Shown: piece after piece, positions 24,411-34,135 of the stretch
How the letters are laid out: the number at the start of each line of letters is the position of its first letter
Numbering within the stretch: the stretch's first letter is position 1
DNA from: Candidatus Omnitrophota bacterium
GTDB lineage: Bacteria > Omnitrophota > Gorgyraeia > Zapsychrales > Zapsychraceae
Direction: 5' to 3'
Assembly (NCBI GenBank): GCA_029568545.1
Contig: JAKQAH010000035.1
Coordinates: 1 to 41,798, forward strand
DNA length: 41,798 nucleotides
Notes under the pieces: model-generated
Told to the model about the DNA's origin: nothing
What the model saw: the letters and a program-made list of their open reading frames with translations, nothing else
Database searches by the model: none
Program-made: the position numbers and the translations under genes

Positions 24411-25652
24411 CTAAAAATATTCTTGGTACAGGTCTTTCACCCTGCTGACAATACGCTTGTTCCAGGGCAAATGATTATTGGCTAACAGCACATGCTGGAA
24501 TGTCTTTTTAAACCCGCCCTGAGCCAGCCCGATGACCGGCGAAAAAAGCGCCGTATGGCTCAAATTCTTGCGCAACGGCAGGTTTAATTGCCCCAGCTTG
24601 ACATTCATCTGCAGGCTCTCAGAAATGCGCTCAATAAAACCGGGCAATAAAGCTCCTCCTCCGACCACTGTCATCCCCTTGCCGATCTTGTCCTTCAAAC
24701 CGGAACGCGTAACCGCCATACGGATGCGCTCAATCATCTCTCCAACGATCGGCTCGATCGCCTGGCAAACCATTCCCCGTTTGACGGGAATGTAGGCATC
24801 GTCCCGCTTGACTAGAATCTCCTCGTCCCGATATTTGTCGGAGCCCGAAGTCACGGCATAGGAGATTTTGATTTCTTCCGCCAGCTCGAACGGCACGCCG
24901 ATGCTCTCGGAAATGCTCCGGGTCAAATGATCGCCCCCGACGCTGATTTTCTCCATGGATTGCAATACCCCATCGTGAAACACCAGAACCGTTGTGCACT
25001 GCGCCCCGAGATCGACCAGAACGCACCCCTGTTTCTTGTCGCTGTCGCTTAAGACCACTTCGGAAGTCGCATAACTGCTCGAGAAAACATTGACGACTTC
25101 ATAGCCGGCCTCGTGGAACGCTTTGGTGATATTGCGGATCAAATTGGCATTGATGACGATCATCAAAGAATGGACGCCGAGTTTCCGGCCATAGAGGCCC
25201 AGGGGGTTCAACGTGACGCTGATATCATCGACTTTATAATATTGCGGAAGATCGTGCAGGATCTCCTCATCCATCTTGATACCCAGCAAACGGGCATTAT
25301 GATTCGCTTTTTTGATGTCGGCGCTGGAAATGATCTTGTTGCCGCGGTCGACCAGGGGGATGACCGTCTTTGTCGGGCGCGCCTCCATCATCGCGCTGCC
25401 TAATCCCAACTGCACCTCTTTGAACTTCATGCCCGTTTTTTTCGTCAGCTCAAGGATGGTGTCATGGATGCATTCGGAGAACTCCGCCAGATCCCTGACC
25501 GCGTTGTCCTTGAACCCGAAGATTTTGTGATCGTAGGCGCCGATCAGCTCCATGTCCGAAGGGCTCTTGATCCGCAGAATGCCCGCTTTGATCTTTTGCG
25601 TTCCGATATCGATCCCGAAATAATATTTCTCAGTTATTATTTTATTGAGCAT
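24411..25652 (-). CDS. ftsA: Cell division protein FtsA
   Basis: GIDIGTQKI, NPLGLYG, VDLGAQCT, VGGDHLT, GGGALL. Confidence 0.93.
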   Translation of the reverse strand: MLNKIITEKYYFGIDIGTQKIKAGILRIKSPSDMELIGAYDHKIFGFKDNAVRDLAEFSECIHDTILELTKKTGMKFKEVQLGLGSAMMEARPTKTVIPLVDRGNKIISSADIKKANHNARLLGIKMDEEILHDLPQYYKVDDISVTLNPLGLYGRKLGVHSLMIVINANLIRNITKAFHEAGYEVVNVFSSSYATSEVVLSDSDKKQGCVLVDLGAQCTTVLVFHDGVLQSMEKISVGGDHLTRSISESIGVPFELAEEIKISYAVTSGSDKYRDEEILVKRDDAYIPVKRGMVCQAIEPIVGEMIERIRMAVTRSGLKDKIGKGMTVVGGGALLPGFIERISESLQMNVKLGQLNLPLRKNLSHTALFSPVIGLAQGGFKKTFQHVLLANNHLPWNKRIVSRVKDLYQEYF

Positions 25653-25667
25653 GCCTTCCCCGCCCCG

Positions 25668-26423
25668 TTACTTCTTGCCGATAATCGGCTCGTTGAACCT
25701 CAAATCAATGTATTTGACTTGGCTGATATCCAGCTGGCCTTGCGACAAAACCACGCTGAGGACCTTCATGCCATGCGCGATCTTATCCTGATCCAGAATA
25801 ACATCCGGATTGTCCTGCAAGGTGAAATAGACTTTGGACATGTTCTCCACATGGACGCTCTCGATGCGGTAAGAAGACAGGCTCTTCTCGGCTTGGAAGC
25901 CTTTGAGGATGGCCAACGCCGTCTTCATCTCCGGGCCGTCAAAGGGCAATCCCCGGACGGGTTCCCGGCTATGCCGTTGTAAACCGATGATCTGCGGAAA
26001 CTTTCTCTCTTCTTTGTCATCAACGGAAAGCACAACCCCCTGATCGTCGAGAACAACCGTCTTCCCGTCGATTGGCACCTGTACAAACGGGAACCGCTGC
26101 TTGGCAATGACAGCGACCTGGTTCGGGAACCGCCGGACAACCTTCAGATCCGAAGCTTGGGGATATTTTTTGCTCAAATCGCGCTGGACCGTCCGCAGAT
26201 AAACGGCAAAAATATTCTGGCCCAACAGATGCTTTAAATCGTCTTGATCGACAAACTCCAGGGAAGAATCAATGGTCACGGAATGGATCCGGAAATACTC
26301 GTTATTGCGCAAAACATATTTTGCGCCCCGGCCCACGGCCCATCCGACCAGCACCGCCAGAACAGCCGCCACCCAGAACTTAACGGCGAAAAGTAATATT
26401 TTGGATTTTGCTTTTTTTGCCAT
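25668..26423 (-). CDS. ftsQ: Cell division protein FtsQ/DivIB
   Basis: N-terminal TM, POTRA (RRFPN), C-terminal YIDLRF. Confidence 0.9.
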   Translation of the reverse strand: MAKKAKSKILLFAVKFWVAAVLAVLVGWAVGRGAKYVLRNNEYFRIHSVTIDSSLEFVDQDDLKHLLGQNIFAVYLRTVQRDLSKKYPQASDLKVVRRFPNQVAVIAKQRFPFVQVPIDGKTVVLDDQGVVLSVDDKEERKFPQIIGLQRHSREPVRGLPFDGPEMKTALAILKGFQAEKSLSSYRIESVHVENMSKVYFTLQDNPDVILDQDKIAHGMKVLSVVLSQGQLDISQVKYIDLRFNEPIIGKK

Positions 26424-27357
26424 ATGCCAACACGATCAGTTGATAGCACAGTTGGTCAAACCCAATGCCCCTGTGCTGGGCCGCCTTGGGCAATAAACTC
26501 GTTGCTGTAAAGCCGGGAATTGTATTGATCTCGAGCACATAATGCGATTGATCGTCGGCGAGGATGAAATCGACCCGCGAGATATCTTCACAGCCCAAAA
26601 CCCTATGCGCCGCAAGAGCCGCCTTCTGGATCCCGTCCGAAATGTCCTGAGGAATACGGGCCGGAACAATATAATCGGTCATGCCTTTCGTATATTTAGC
26701 CTCAAAATCGAAGAAAGGACGCTTCGGACAGATCTCGACAACGGGAAGAGCCTCTCTTCCAAGAATGCCGACCGTCAATTCCTTGCCCTTGATGTAGCGC
26801 TCGATCAACGCCGTATCGCCATATTGCCAGGCATCTTCGATCGCTCGCGCAAGCTCCGAAGAAGTCCTGACAAAACTGACGCCAATGCTGGATCCTTCAC
26901 AGGCAGGCTTCACGACAACGGGAAAGCCTCCCAAGGCCTCAATAGCGCCGGGAATATCGATGGGATCTTTTCTGGACAACGCGACAAAAGAAGGGATCTT
27001 GATCCCGTTCTTTTTGAACATCTCTTGCGCCAAAGCCTTGTTGATGGCCAAACGGCTTGCTTCAACCCCTGATCCCGCGTAGGGGATCCCGGCATCCTCC
27101 AAAATAGATTGGATCGTTCCATCTTCGCCCAACCGCCCGTGCAAGGCGATAAAAGCCAGATCAATCCCGGATTTCTCCAATAGAGAACGAATCGCCTCCG
27201 GTTCGCCGTCCGTAATATCCAGCCCAACGACCTCGCAACCCCGGCGGCCAAGCGCCTCAACAATAGCCTGGCCGGATTTCAGCGATATCTCCCGCTCGGA
27301 AGAGACCCCGCCCATCAGCACGCCGATACGACCTAATTTTTCAACCGGAAGATCCAT
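26380..27357 (-). CDS. ddl: D-alanine--D-alanine ligase
   Basis: GGVSSEREISL, LHGRLGEDG, GSSIG, EINTIPGFT. Confidence 0.97.
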   Translation of the reverse strand: MDLPVEKLGRIGVLMGGVSSEREISLKSGQAIVEALGRRGCEVVGLDITDGEPEAIRSLLEKSGIDLAFIALHGRLGEDGTIQSILEDAGIPYAGSGVEASRLAINKALAQEMFKKNGIKIPSFVALSRKDPIDIPGAIEALGGFPVVVKPACEGSSIGVSFVRTSSELARAIEDAWQYGDTALIERYIKGKELTVGILGREALPVVEICPKRPFFDFEAKYTKGMTDYIVPARIPQDISDGIQKAALAAHRVLGCEDISRVDFILADDQSHYVLEINTIPGFTATSLLPKAAQHRGIGFDQLCYQLIVLAYGKKSKIQNITFRR

Positions 27358-28778
27358 TATAAGATTTTATCCGCAACGGCCGGGGAACTTTTTAACGCTT
27401 CGAGCAGATCATCGCTGATGCGCGTAATGTCGCCGGCCCCCAAAGTTATTACTATATCCCGCGGCTTAACAATGTCCAAGACATAATCAACAATTCTGTC
27501 CTTGGGAAGATAACACGACGGCTTGTCGGTGAGCAGACGGATGCGCTCATGGATCCTTTCCGACGTGACCCCTTCGATCGGTTTTTCGCTGGCCGCATAG
27601 ATGTCCGTAATGATCACATGATCGCTGCTGCCGGCCAAACTCGCGGCAAATTCTTCCAGCAGTCCCTGGACACGCGAATACCGGTGCGGCTGAAAAATGG
27701 CGATCAGCTTTCGCGCCTTCTCTTTTCCGTTGGCAGCTTCAAGCGACCGCTTGAACGATTGCGCCGCTTCCAGCGTCGCACGTATTTCCGTCGGATGATG
27801 CGCATAATCATCGATGACCCAGACATCGTTGGCCTGGCCTTTTAACTGAAACCGCCGCTGAACCCCCCAGAAGCCTTTGAAACTTTCTTTTATGACATTA
27901 AAATCGACGGAAAGCTCGAGGCCGACGCTGATACAAGCCAAGGCATTGGCCACATTATGCCGTCCGGGAACTTTCAGAATAACCCGACCGGAATTCTCGC
28001 CGTTTATGAAAACATCAAACTGGGACTCGAAATGGTCGAAGGAAATGTTCGAAGCATAAACATCATGCTGATCGGAAAACCCGTATGTCTTGTAGGGCCG
28101 CCCGCTCTTTTGCAGCAGATCCATTAATCGCTCGTCCTCCCCATAGGCAAAAATCACCCCGTCTTCTTCAGTTCTTCTAATAAATCGACGGTACGTATCA
28201 AGAATCGTCTGCCAGTCATGGTAGAAATCAACATGCTCAAAATCAATATTTGTGATCACGGAATATCGCGGCTTAAAATACAGGAATGACCCGTCGCTCT
28301 CATCGACTTCCGTCACAAAATACTTGCCGGTTCCAAGCTCGGCATGGGCTTGCGTTCCCGTAACGATCCCTCCGATCGCCGTCGTCGGCTGCAGGCCGGC
28401 CCTGACCAGCAAATTGGCGATCATGGAGGTTGTCGTGGTTTTTCCATGCGCCCCGGCGACGGTGATGCCGATATACCCCTCCATCAATTCCGCCAAAAGC
28501 TTGGCGCGCTGCATGACGGGTATTTTGCGCTGATGAGCTTCGGCCAACTCGGGATTATCGCTGCGGATGGCCGATGAAAAAACCACGCAGTCCGCTCCCT
28601 GGACATTCTCAGCCCTGTGACCCGTATAAATGACAGCGCCGCGCTCTTTTAAGCGCTCCGTCACCTGATTGCTGCGAAGGTCCGACCCGCTCACGGAACA
28701 TCCCTTATCCAGCGACAATGCCGCCAAAGCGCCCATCCCGATGCCGCCAATACCGATAAAATGGTAATGTTTATTCAT
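27357..28778 (-). CDS. murC: UDP-N-acetylmuramate--L-alanine ligase
   Basis: GIGGIGM, GAHGKTTTT, DESDGSF, DDYAHHPTE, FQPHRYSR. Confidence 0.97.
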   Translation of the reverse strand: MNKHYHFIGIGGIGMGALAALSLDKGCSVSGSDLRSNQVTERLKERGAVIYTGHRAENVQGADCVVFSSAIRSDNPELAEAHQRKIPVMQRAKLLAELMEGYIGITVAGAHGKTTTTSMIANLLVRAGLQPTTAIGGIVTGTQAHAELGTGKYFVTEVDESDGSFLYFKPRYSVITNIDFEHVDFYHDWQTILDTYRRFIRRTEEDGVIFAYGEDERLMDLLQKSGRPYKTYGFSDQHDVYASNISFDHFESQFDVFINGENSGRVILKVPGRHNVANALACISVGLELSVDFNVIKESFKGFWGVQRRFQLKGQANDVWVIDDYAHHPTEIRATLEAAQSFKRSLEAANGKEKARKLIAIFQPHRYSRVQGLLEEFAASLAGSSDHVIITDIYAASEKPIEGVTSERIHERIRLLTDKPSCYLPKDRIVDYVLDIVKPRDIVITLGAGDITRISDDLLEALKSSPAVADKIL

Positions 28779-29550
28779 TTTTCAGATATTTCACCCACGC
28801 CTCATTTAAGTCATCCACAGTCTTGAATCTGACATACACCGAATCCAAGGCCGAAGCAAAAGATTCCCCGTCCTTTAATTTCTTGCATAACCGGATAAAC
28901 TGCTGATCTCCCAGTTCATGAATCATAAAATTGACAACGCTGGCCGCTTCGGCGTAAAAAAGATTGATCAGGTCCCGTCCGGTGCCATATCTCAAACGCG
29001 TCATGGTTAATTGGCTGAGCGGGCGAAATGTCCCGTCCTTCATCGCTTTACGGACGGTATCATGCGCCCCCCACCGCTTCGCTTTTTCCTGATGCATGGC
29101 GACCCCCTCTTCGAACCATGAGGGAATGTCAGCCTGAAATCCTACAAACTCGCGAAAAATGATATGCGCTAATTCATGCGGCAGCGTCGAATCAAAAAAA
29201 CCGTGAGCCGAAGGGAACGTTCGGATTGTTTTTTCCTTAGTCGAAGCTGCGCCGCTTGACCATTTTGACTGCCGGGCAGAGGCCACATAGTCATCCGCAT
29301 TATTATAGATATAAATCTTGGCCCGGTTCTCCCAGGACCATCCTTTGTCCCGGGTAACCCCGAGGTTTTCGGAGATCTCGACGTAATAATCTTCCGCCGC
29401 TTTATCAACCGTTTTAACAAAATCGAGCGGAGCTTCTTTGTAATAAACAATGAAATGCTGGCGGCTATATTCTTTCCACTCCTGCGCACACACGGGAACC
29501 GCGCTTGCCATCAAGAGGATCAAAGCCAGAAGGGTCGCTTTCTGTTTCAT
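28771..29550 (-). CDS. Secreted peptidase MA-like zinc metallopeptidase
   Basis: Signal peptide (MKQKATLL..VCA), HELAH followed by WFEEGVA. Confidence 0.8.
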   Translation of the reverse strand: MKQKATLLALILLMASAVPVCAQEWKEYSRQHFIVYYKEAPLDFVKTVDKAAEDYYVEISENLGVTRDKGWSWENRAKIYIYNNADDYVASARQSKWSSGAASTKEKTIRTFPSAHGFFDSTLPHELAHIIFREFVGFQADIPSWFEEGVAMHQEKAKRWGAHDTVRKAMKDGTFRPLSQLTMTRLRYGTGRDLINLFYAEAASVVNFMIHELGDQQFIRLCKKLKDGESFASALDSVYVRFKTVDDLNEAWVKYLKNE

Positions 29551-30614
29551 TGCGCTAAGCCCGTAACCTCCCGTGCCAATCTTTGCGCCGCATCCGGAAA
29601 ACAAATCTGGTCAAATTTTCTGTTGATATTTTTCCCATCTTTCAAGATTCTTAAAATAGCTTCGCTCATTTTAGAAACGGTCACATCCCGCTCTTCGATC
29701 ATTTGCGCGAGGCCCGCCTGACACAAAACAGACGCATTCTCCCGTTGATGCCCCTGCGCATGCGGATACGGGATTAAAATCGACGGTAATCGAAAATGAG
29801 CTAATTCGCTGACGGTCGCAGCGCCTGATCGGGAAATCACCACGTCAGCAATATGATAGGCTTCTTCCATCTTATCCAAAAAATCGAATAACGCAAAGGG
29901 TATTCCGAATTCATTATACCTGTCTTTCAGGCTCAAATAGTCGTCTTTCCCGGAAACATGGATCGCTTGAAAATCCAGGATCTCCCTTAAGGATGGCACG
30001 CACGCCGCGAACGCTTCGTTAATGCTGTGGCTGCCCTGACTGCCGCCAAAAACAAAAATGGTTGTTTTATTGTCCTTCAAGCCGAACGCGCGGACAATAG
30101 CGGCCCGATCCATCGGCCGCTGGGAAAGACGGCAGGGGCAACCCGTCAAAACGGTTTTGTGCTCATTGAAATAACGCGCGGCCGCAGGAAAGCTGATCGC
30201 GATCTTTTTCACGAACTTGGCGAGGATCTTATTGGCCCGGCCCGGAACAGCGTTCTGCTCATGGATCATCGCCGGATATCTCAGGAGAATGGCCGACGCG
30301 ACGGCCGGAAAAGCCCCATAGCCCCCGAAACCAAGCACGGCATCCGGCTTAAAACGCCGCAAACAGCCGCAAGCCTTGAAGATCCCTTGAACCATCGCAA
30401 TCATGGACCCAAAAGCTTTTGACAGCGACGATGTTACAAAACCCTTTGTTCCGAGCTCTTCAAACGCAAACCCGCTTGCGCGCATTTGTTCCTGCGCCCG
30501 ACGAAAGGCACCCAAAAACAAGATCGCGTGCCCGCTGCGCTTGAGCTCTTCGGCGACTTGGAACGCCGGAAAAAGATGGCCTCCCGTACCTCCCGTTGCG
30601 ATCACGATCCTCAT
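29547..30614 (-). CDS. murG: MurG glycosyltransferase
   Basis: GGTGGHLFP, GFGGY, HEQN, GGSQGS, SRSGA. Confidence 0.97.
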   Translation of the reverse strand: MRIVIATGGTGGHLFPAFQVAEELKRSGHAILFLGAFRRAQEQMRASGFAFEELGTKGFVTSSLSKAFGSMIAMVQGIFKACGCLRRFKPDAVLGFGGYGAFPAVASAILLRYPAMIHEQNAVPGRANKILAKFVKKIAISFPAAARYFNEHKTVLTGCPCRLSQRPMDRAAIVRAFGLKDNKTTIFVFGGSQGSHSINEAFAACVPSLREILDFQAIHVSGKDDYLSLKDRYNEFGIPFALFDFLDKMEEAYHIADVVISRSGAATVSELAHFRLPSILIPYPHAQGHQRENASVLCQAGLAQMIEERDVTVSKMSEAILRILKDGKNINRKFDQICFPDAAQRLAREVTGLAQ

Positions 30615-31699
30615 AGGTCCTCGATCCGCGAAATATTCATCAGCAAGGCCACCGCGATCATGTTAAAAATCAATGCCGACCCGCCGTAGCTGACGAACGG
30701 CAGAGGCAATCCTTTCGTCGGAAACGCCCCGATGCTCACCCCGATATTGATCACCGCCTGAAGCCCGATCAGCATCACGATGCCAAAGGCAAGGAAATAA
30801 CCGAACGGTTCGGTTGTGCGTTTAACGATACGGGCCCCTTGCCAGATCAATGCGGAAAATAAAATAACAACCGCGAGCGTTCCCAGCAGCCCCAATTCTT
30901 CACCAACAATCGATAAAATGAAGTCCGTATGGGCCGCCGGAAGATAAAAAAGCTTCTGAACGCTCTGGCCCAAGCCGACCCCGAAAATCCCGCCTGATCC
31001 CAAAGCGATCTGGGATTGAGACAGCTGAAACCCTACGCCCTGCGCGTCTTTCCAGGGATCGATGAACGCGATAATCCTGCGTAGCCGGTAAGACTCGCTG
31101 ACAACAAGAAAGACCAAAAGCGGCACGCCGGATAAGGCCAAGCAACTCAAGTGAAGGATCCGCGCTCCGGCGACAAACATCATGATCAAAATCATTATGG
31201 CAATCAAAAAGGAATTTCCCAGATCGGGTTGCTTGACAATCAAGGCACATAGCACGCACAGGACCATAATCAAGGGGAAAAATCCCTCCCAGAAATTTCT
31301 TATCTTATTCTGTTTTCGCGACAGGAAATCCGCCAAATAGACCAAGATCACCAACTTGGCGAATTCGGAAGGCTGAAAATTGAAAAACCCGATTTTAAAC
31401 CAGCGCCGAGCGCCGAAACTGGCCCTGCCGATACCGGGAACAAGAACAAGCACCAAAAGAACGATCGCAACGATCAACAGCGGTTTGGCCGCTTGTTTTA
31501 AAATCCGGTAATCGATCGCCATAGTGCCCAGCGCTGCCAGAAGCGCGATGCAAAGAAACAGGATATGCCGGCCAAGATAATACGTTTTATCTCCAAGCTC
31601 CTGCAAGGCATAAATACCGCTCGCGCTGTAGATCATAATGATCCCGAGGCTGATCAGAAGCGTTACGATAACAGCGATGGATATACGGATATCACGCAT
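30611..31699 (-). CDS. ftsW: SEDS protein FtsW
   Basis: GARRW, QPSEFAK, QPDLG, HTDFI, LPFVSYGGS. Confidence 0.96.
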   Translation of the reverse strand: MRDIRISIAVIVTLLISLGIIMIYSASGIYALQELGDKTYYLGRHILFLCIALLAALGTMAIDYRILKQAAKPLLIVAIVLLVLVLVPGIGRASFGARRWFKIGFFNFQPSEFAKLVILVYLADFLSRKQNKIRNFWEGFFPLIMVLCVLCALIVKQPDLGNSFLIAIMILIMMFVAGARILHLSCLALSGVPLLVFLVVSESYRLRRIIAFIDPWKDAQGVGFQLSQSQIALGSGGIFGVGLGQSVQKLFYLPAAHTDFILSIVGEELGLLGTLAVVILFSALIWQGARIVKRTTEPFGYFLAFGIVMLIGLQAVINIGVSIGAFPTKGLPLPFVSYGGSALIFNMIAVALLMNISRIEDL

Positions 31700-31700
31700 G

Positions 31701-33011
31701 TCATGTTAACCGACGGACAATGTCTTTGAAAACACGCCCGCGGTCCTCATAGTCCTTGAACATGTCAAAGCTCGCGCACATCGGGCTCAAAAGAACGCAA
31801 TCGCCCTTGGCGGCGCTTTGCCGAGCCTGGAGAACGGCCTCCTCCAGCGTCGAGCATTCCTGAAGATCAACAAGCTTTTCGAATGTCTGACGGATTTTCT
31901 TTCTCGCTTCGCCGATCGCGTACATCCGCTTGACCTTCTGCTGAACGATCTTTGACAGAACCGAAAAATCAATGTTCTTATCGCGGCCGCCGCAAATCAT
32001 CAGAATCGGCTGGTTCAGGCTTTGCAGCGCCCACATCCCCGCTTCGGCCGTTGTCGCCTTGGAATCATTAATGAAATCAATGCCATCGAGGCAGCGCACG
32101 CTCTCCAACCGGTGTTCCACCCCCTTGAATTCCCGGAAAACTTTTTCGCAACAATCATCATCGATCCCAAGGATCCTCCCCACTTCCAAAACGGCTAAAT
32201 GGTTTGGATTCCGCGCCTTCTCCCCCGGCGCACCCGTGTTGAAATAAACAACCCAGGATTTAATGTCTTTTGCCGCCTCCGCCATTTTGGGATCTTGAGC
32301 ATTGAGAACGGCAAAATCTTTTTGATCCTGATTCAAAAAGAGACGCATCTTGGCCTGGAAATATTCCTCCAGATCCTTGTGACGGTCGAGATGGTTCTGG
32401 TTAAAATTTAAGAGTACCGCAATATGCGGCTGAAAACCTTTGACTCTTAGATCTTGGGCGGAAGCCCGGCGAAACGGCGAAACAGGATCAAGGACGGATT
32501 CCAGCTGAAAAGAACTGATCTCGAGAACAACATAATCGGTCTGAGCTAAGTCAAGAACAAACCCGGCCAACGGAGAACCAATGTTGCCGCACAAACACGC
32601 CTTATGGCCGGCCGCCACGATCATATCCCTGATCAAGGTGGATACGGTCGTCTTGCCGTTGCTTCCAGTGATAGCAATGATCGGCTTATCGCAAAACTGC
32701 GAAGCGAATTCGACCTCGCCAAGAACAAGAGTGCCGTTCTCATTGGCCCATTGGACCGGCGGGGCATCAAAACGCACGCCCGGGCTCACAACGACGATAT
32801 CGCTGTCCTCAACGAACGCCCGGCTATGGCCCTGGCATTCCAAAACAACATTTTGTTGCTTGGCCCAATCCCTGAACTCGTGGGGAAAGCTCTCCTCTGG
32901 GCCCAACTCCGAGATCTTGGCTTTTCCGCCGAGAGCAGTCACCAGGCGCGCCAAAGCCATCCCGCTCCGCTTTCCTCCGACGATCGTGACTCGTTTTCCT
33001 TTGATATTCAT
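31701..33011 (-). CDS. murD: MurD ligase
   Basis: VSPG, GSNGKTT, EISSFQLE, NDSKAT, SPMCASFDMF. Confidence 0.97.
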   Translation of the reverse strand: MNIKGKRVTIVGGKRSGMALARLVTALGGKAKISELGPEESFPHEFRDWAKQQNVVLECQGHSRAFVEDSDIVVVSPGVRFDAPPVQWANENGTLVLGEVEFASQFCDKPIIAITGSNGKTTVSTLIRDMIVAAGHKACLCGNIGSPLAGFVLDLAQTDYVVLEISSFQLESVLDPVSPFRRASAQDLRVKGFQPHIAVLLNFNQNHLDRHKDLEEYFQAKMRLFLNQDQKDFAVLNAQDPKMAEAAKDIKSWVVYFNTGAPGEKARNPNHLAVLEVGRILGIDDDCCEKVFREFKGVEHRLESVRCLDGIDFINDSKATTAEAGMWALQSLNQPILMICGGRDKNIDFSVLSKIVQQKVKRMYAIGEARKKIRQTFEKLVDLQECSTLEEAVLQARQSAAKGDCVLLSPMCASFDMFKDYEDRGRVFKDIVRRLT

Positions 33012-33032
33012 GAGGCAGGCTATTTCAGCTTC

Positions 33033-34121
33033 CTATCTGATTTTCAGCGTCATCAGGGTTATCAGCGCCAGAACGATCGCGATGATCCAGAACCGGATGA
33101 TGATCTTGGATTCATTCCAGCCCGACAATTGCAGGTGATGATGCAGAGGAGACATTTTGAACAGCTTCTTGCCGCGCACCCTGACCGACCAGATCTGTAA
33201 AATGACCGACGTGGCTTCCAGGACGAAAATACCGCCCATAATGACCAGCAAGAACTCTTTCTTGATCAAGACAGCGATCACGCCCAGCGTGCCGCCGAGA
33301 GACAGCGACCCGACATCTCCCATGAAAACGGTTGCCGGATAACAGTTGAACCATAAAAACCCTAAGCTCGCTCCCATGATGGCGGAACAAAAGACGGCTA
33401 ATTCGCCGGTTCCCGGAATATAGGGAATGAACAAATACGCGCTGAAAGCTAAATGACCGGTGATGTAGCTGAGCACGGCGAGGGTCAACCCGACCATCAA
33501 CACGCAGCCGATCGCCAATCCATCAAGCCCGTCGGTAAGATTAACGGCATTGGATGTTCCGATCACGACCAAAGCGCCAAAGGGAATATAAAAAATCCCC
33601 AGATCGATGATAATGTCCTTGAAGAACGGGAGGTCCATTTGCGTGGGAGTGTCGGGATTAAAATAAACATAGCTGCCGATAAAACATCCTAAGAGGATCT
33701 CCCAGATCAATTTCGTGCGTTTGGTCAATCCTCTCTTCTTGCCTGATCGGGTCAGTTTAACATAATCATCGACCCATCCCAAGATCGCAAGATAGGCGCA
33801 GGTAAATGCCGTCAGAAGAATGTAGCGGTTCCCCAGATCCGCCCACAAAAAAACAGAGAGCAGAATGCTGATAATGATAAAAACACCACCCATCGTGGGT
33901 GTTCCTTCTTTAGTGTGATGAAAGGGATCGAGGGCCGGGCAATCATCCCTTTTCGCGATCTCCCGGATCTTCATCTTCTTCAGCTTCTCGATAAAAAAGG
34001 GGCCGAGAGCGATGCAAAGAAGAAAGGTCGTCAATCCTGCCATCGCGGTGCGGAACGTGATGTACCGGAAGATATTGAGGCCGGAAAAAATAAAACGGAA
34101 TTCAGACAAGTAATAAAGCAT
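33033..34121 (-). CDS. mraY: Phospho-MurNAc-pentapeptide transferase
   Basis: TPTMGG, NAVNLTDGLDGL, FMGDVG, PLHHH. Confidence 0.97.
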   Translation of the reverse strand: MLYYLSEFRFIFSGLNIFRYITFRTAMAGLTTFLLCIALGPFFIEKLKKMKIREIAKRDDCPALDPFHHTKEGTPTMGGVFIIISILLSVFLWADLGNRYILLTAFTCAYLAILGWVDDYVKLTRSGKKRGLTKRTKLIWEILLGCFIGSYVYFNPDTPTQMDLPFFKDIIIDLGIFYIPFGALVVIGTSNAVNLTDGLDGLAIGCVLMVGLTLAVLSYITGHLAFSAYLFIPYIPGTGELAVFCSAIMGASLGFLWFNCYPATVFMGDVGSLSLGGTLGVIAVLIKKEFLLVIMGGIFVLEATSVILQIWSVRVRGKKLFKMSPLHHHLQLSGWNESKIIIRFWIIAIVLALITLMTLKIR

Positions 34122-34135
34122 GCGGGTGCGGGATC

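Noticed and set aside
27738-27755. In-frame palindrome TTCAAGCGACCGCTTGAA in murC
   Set aside because: A single short instance; cannot be distinguished from chance without an alignment.
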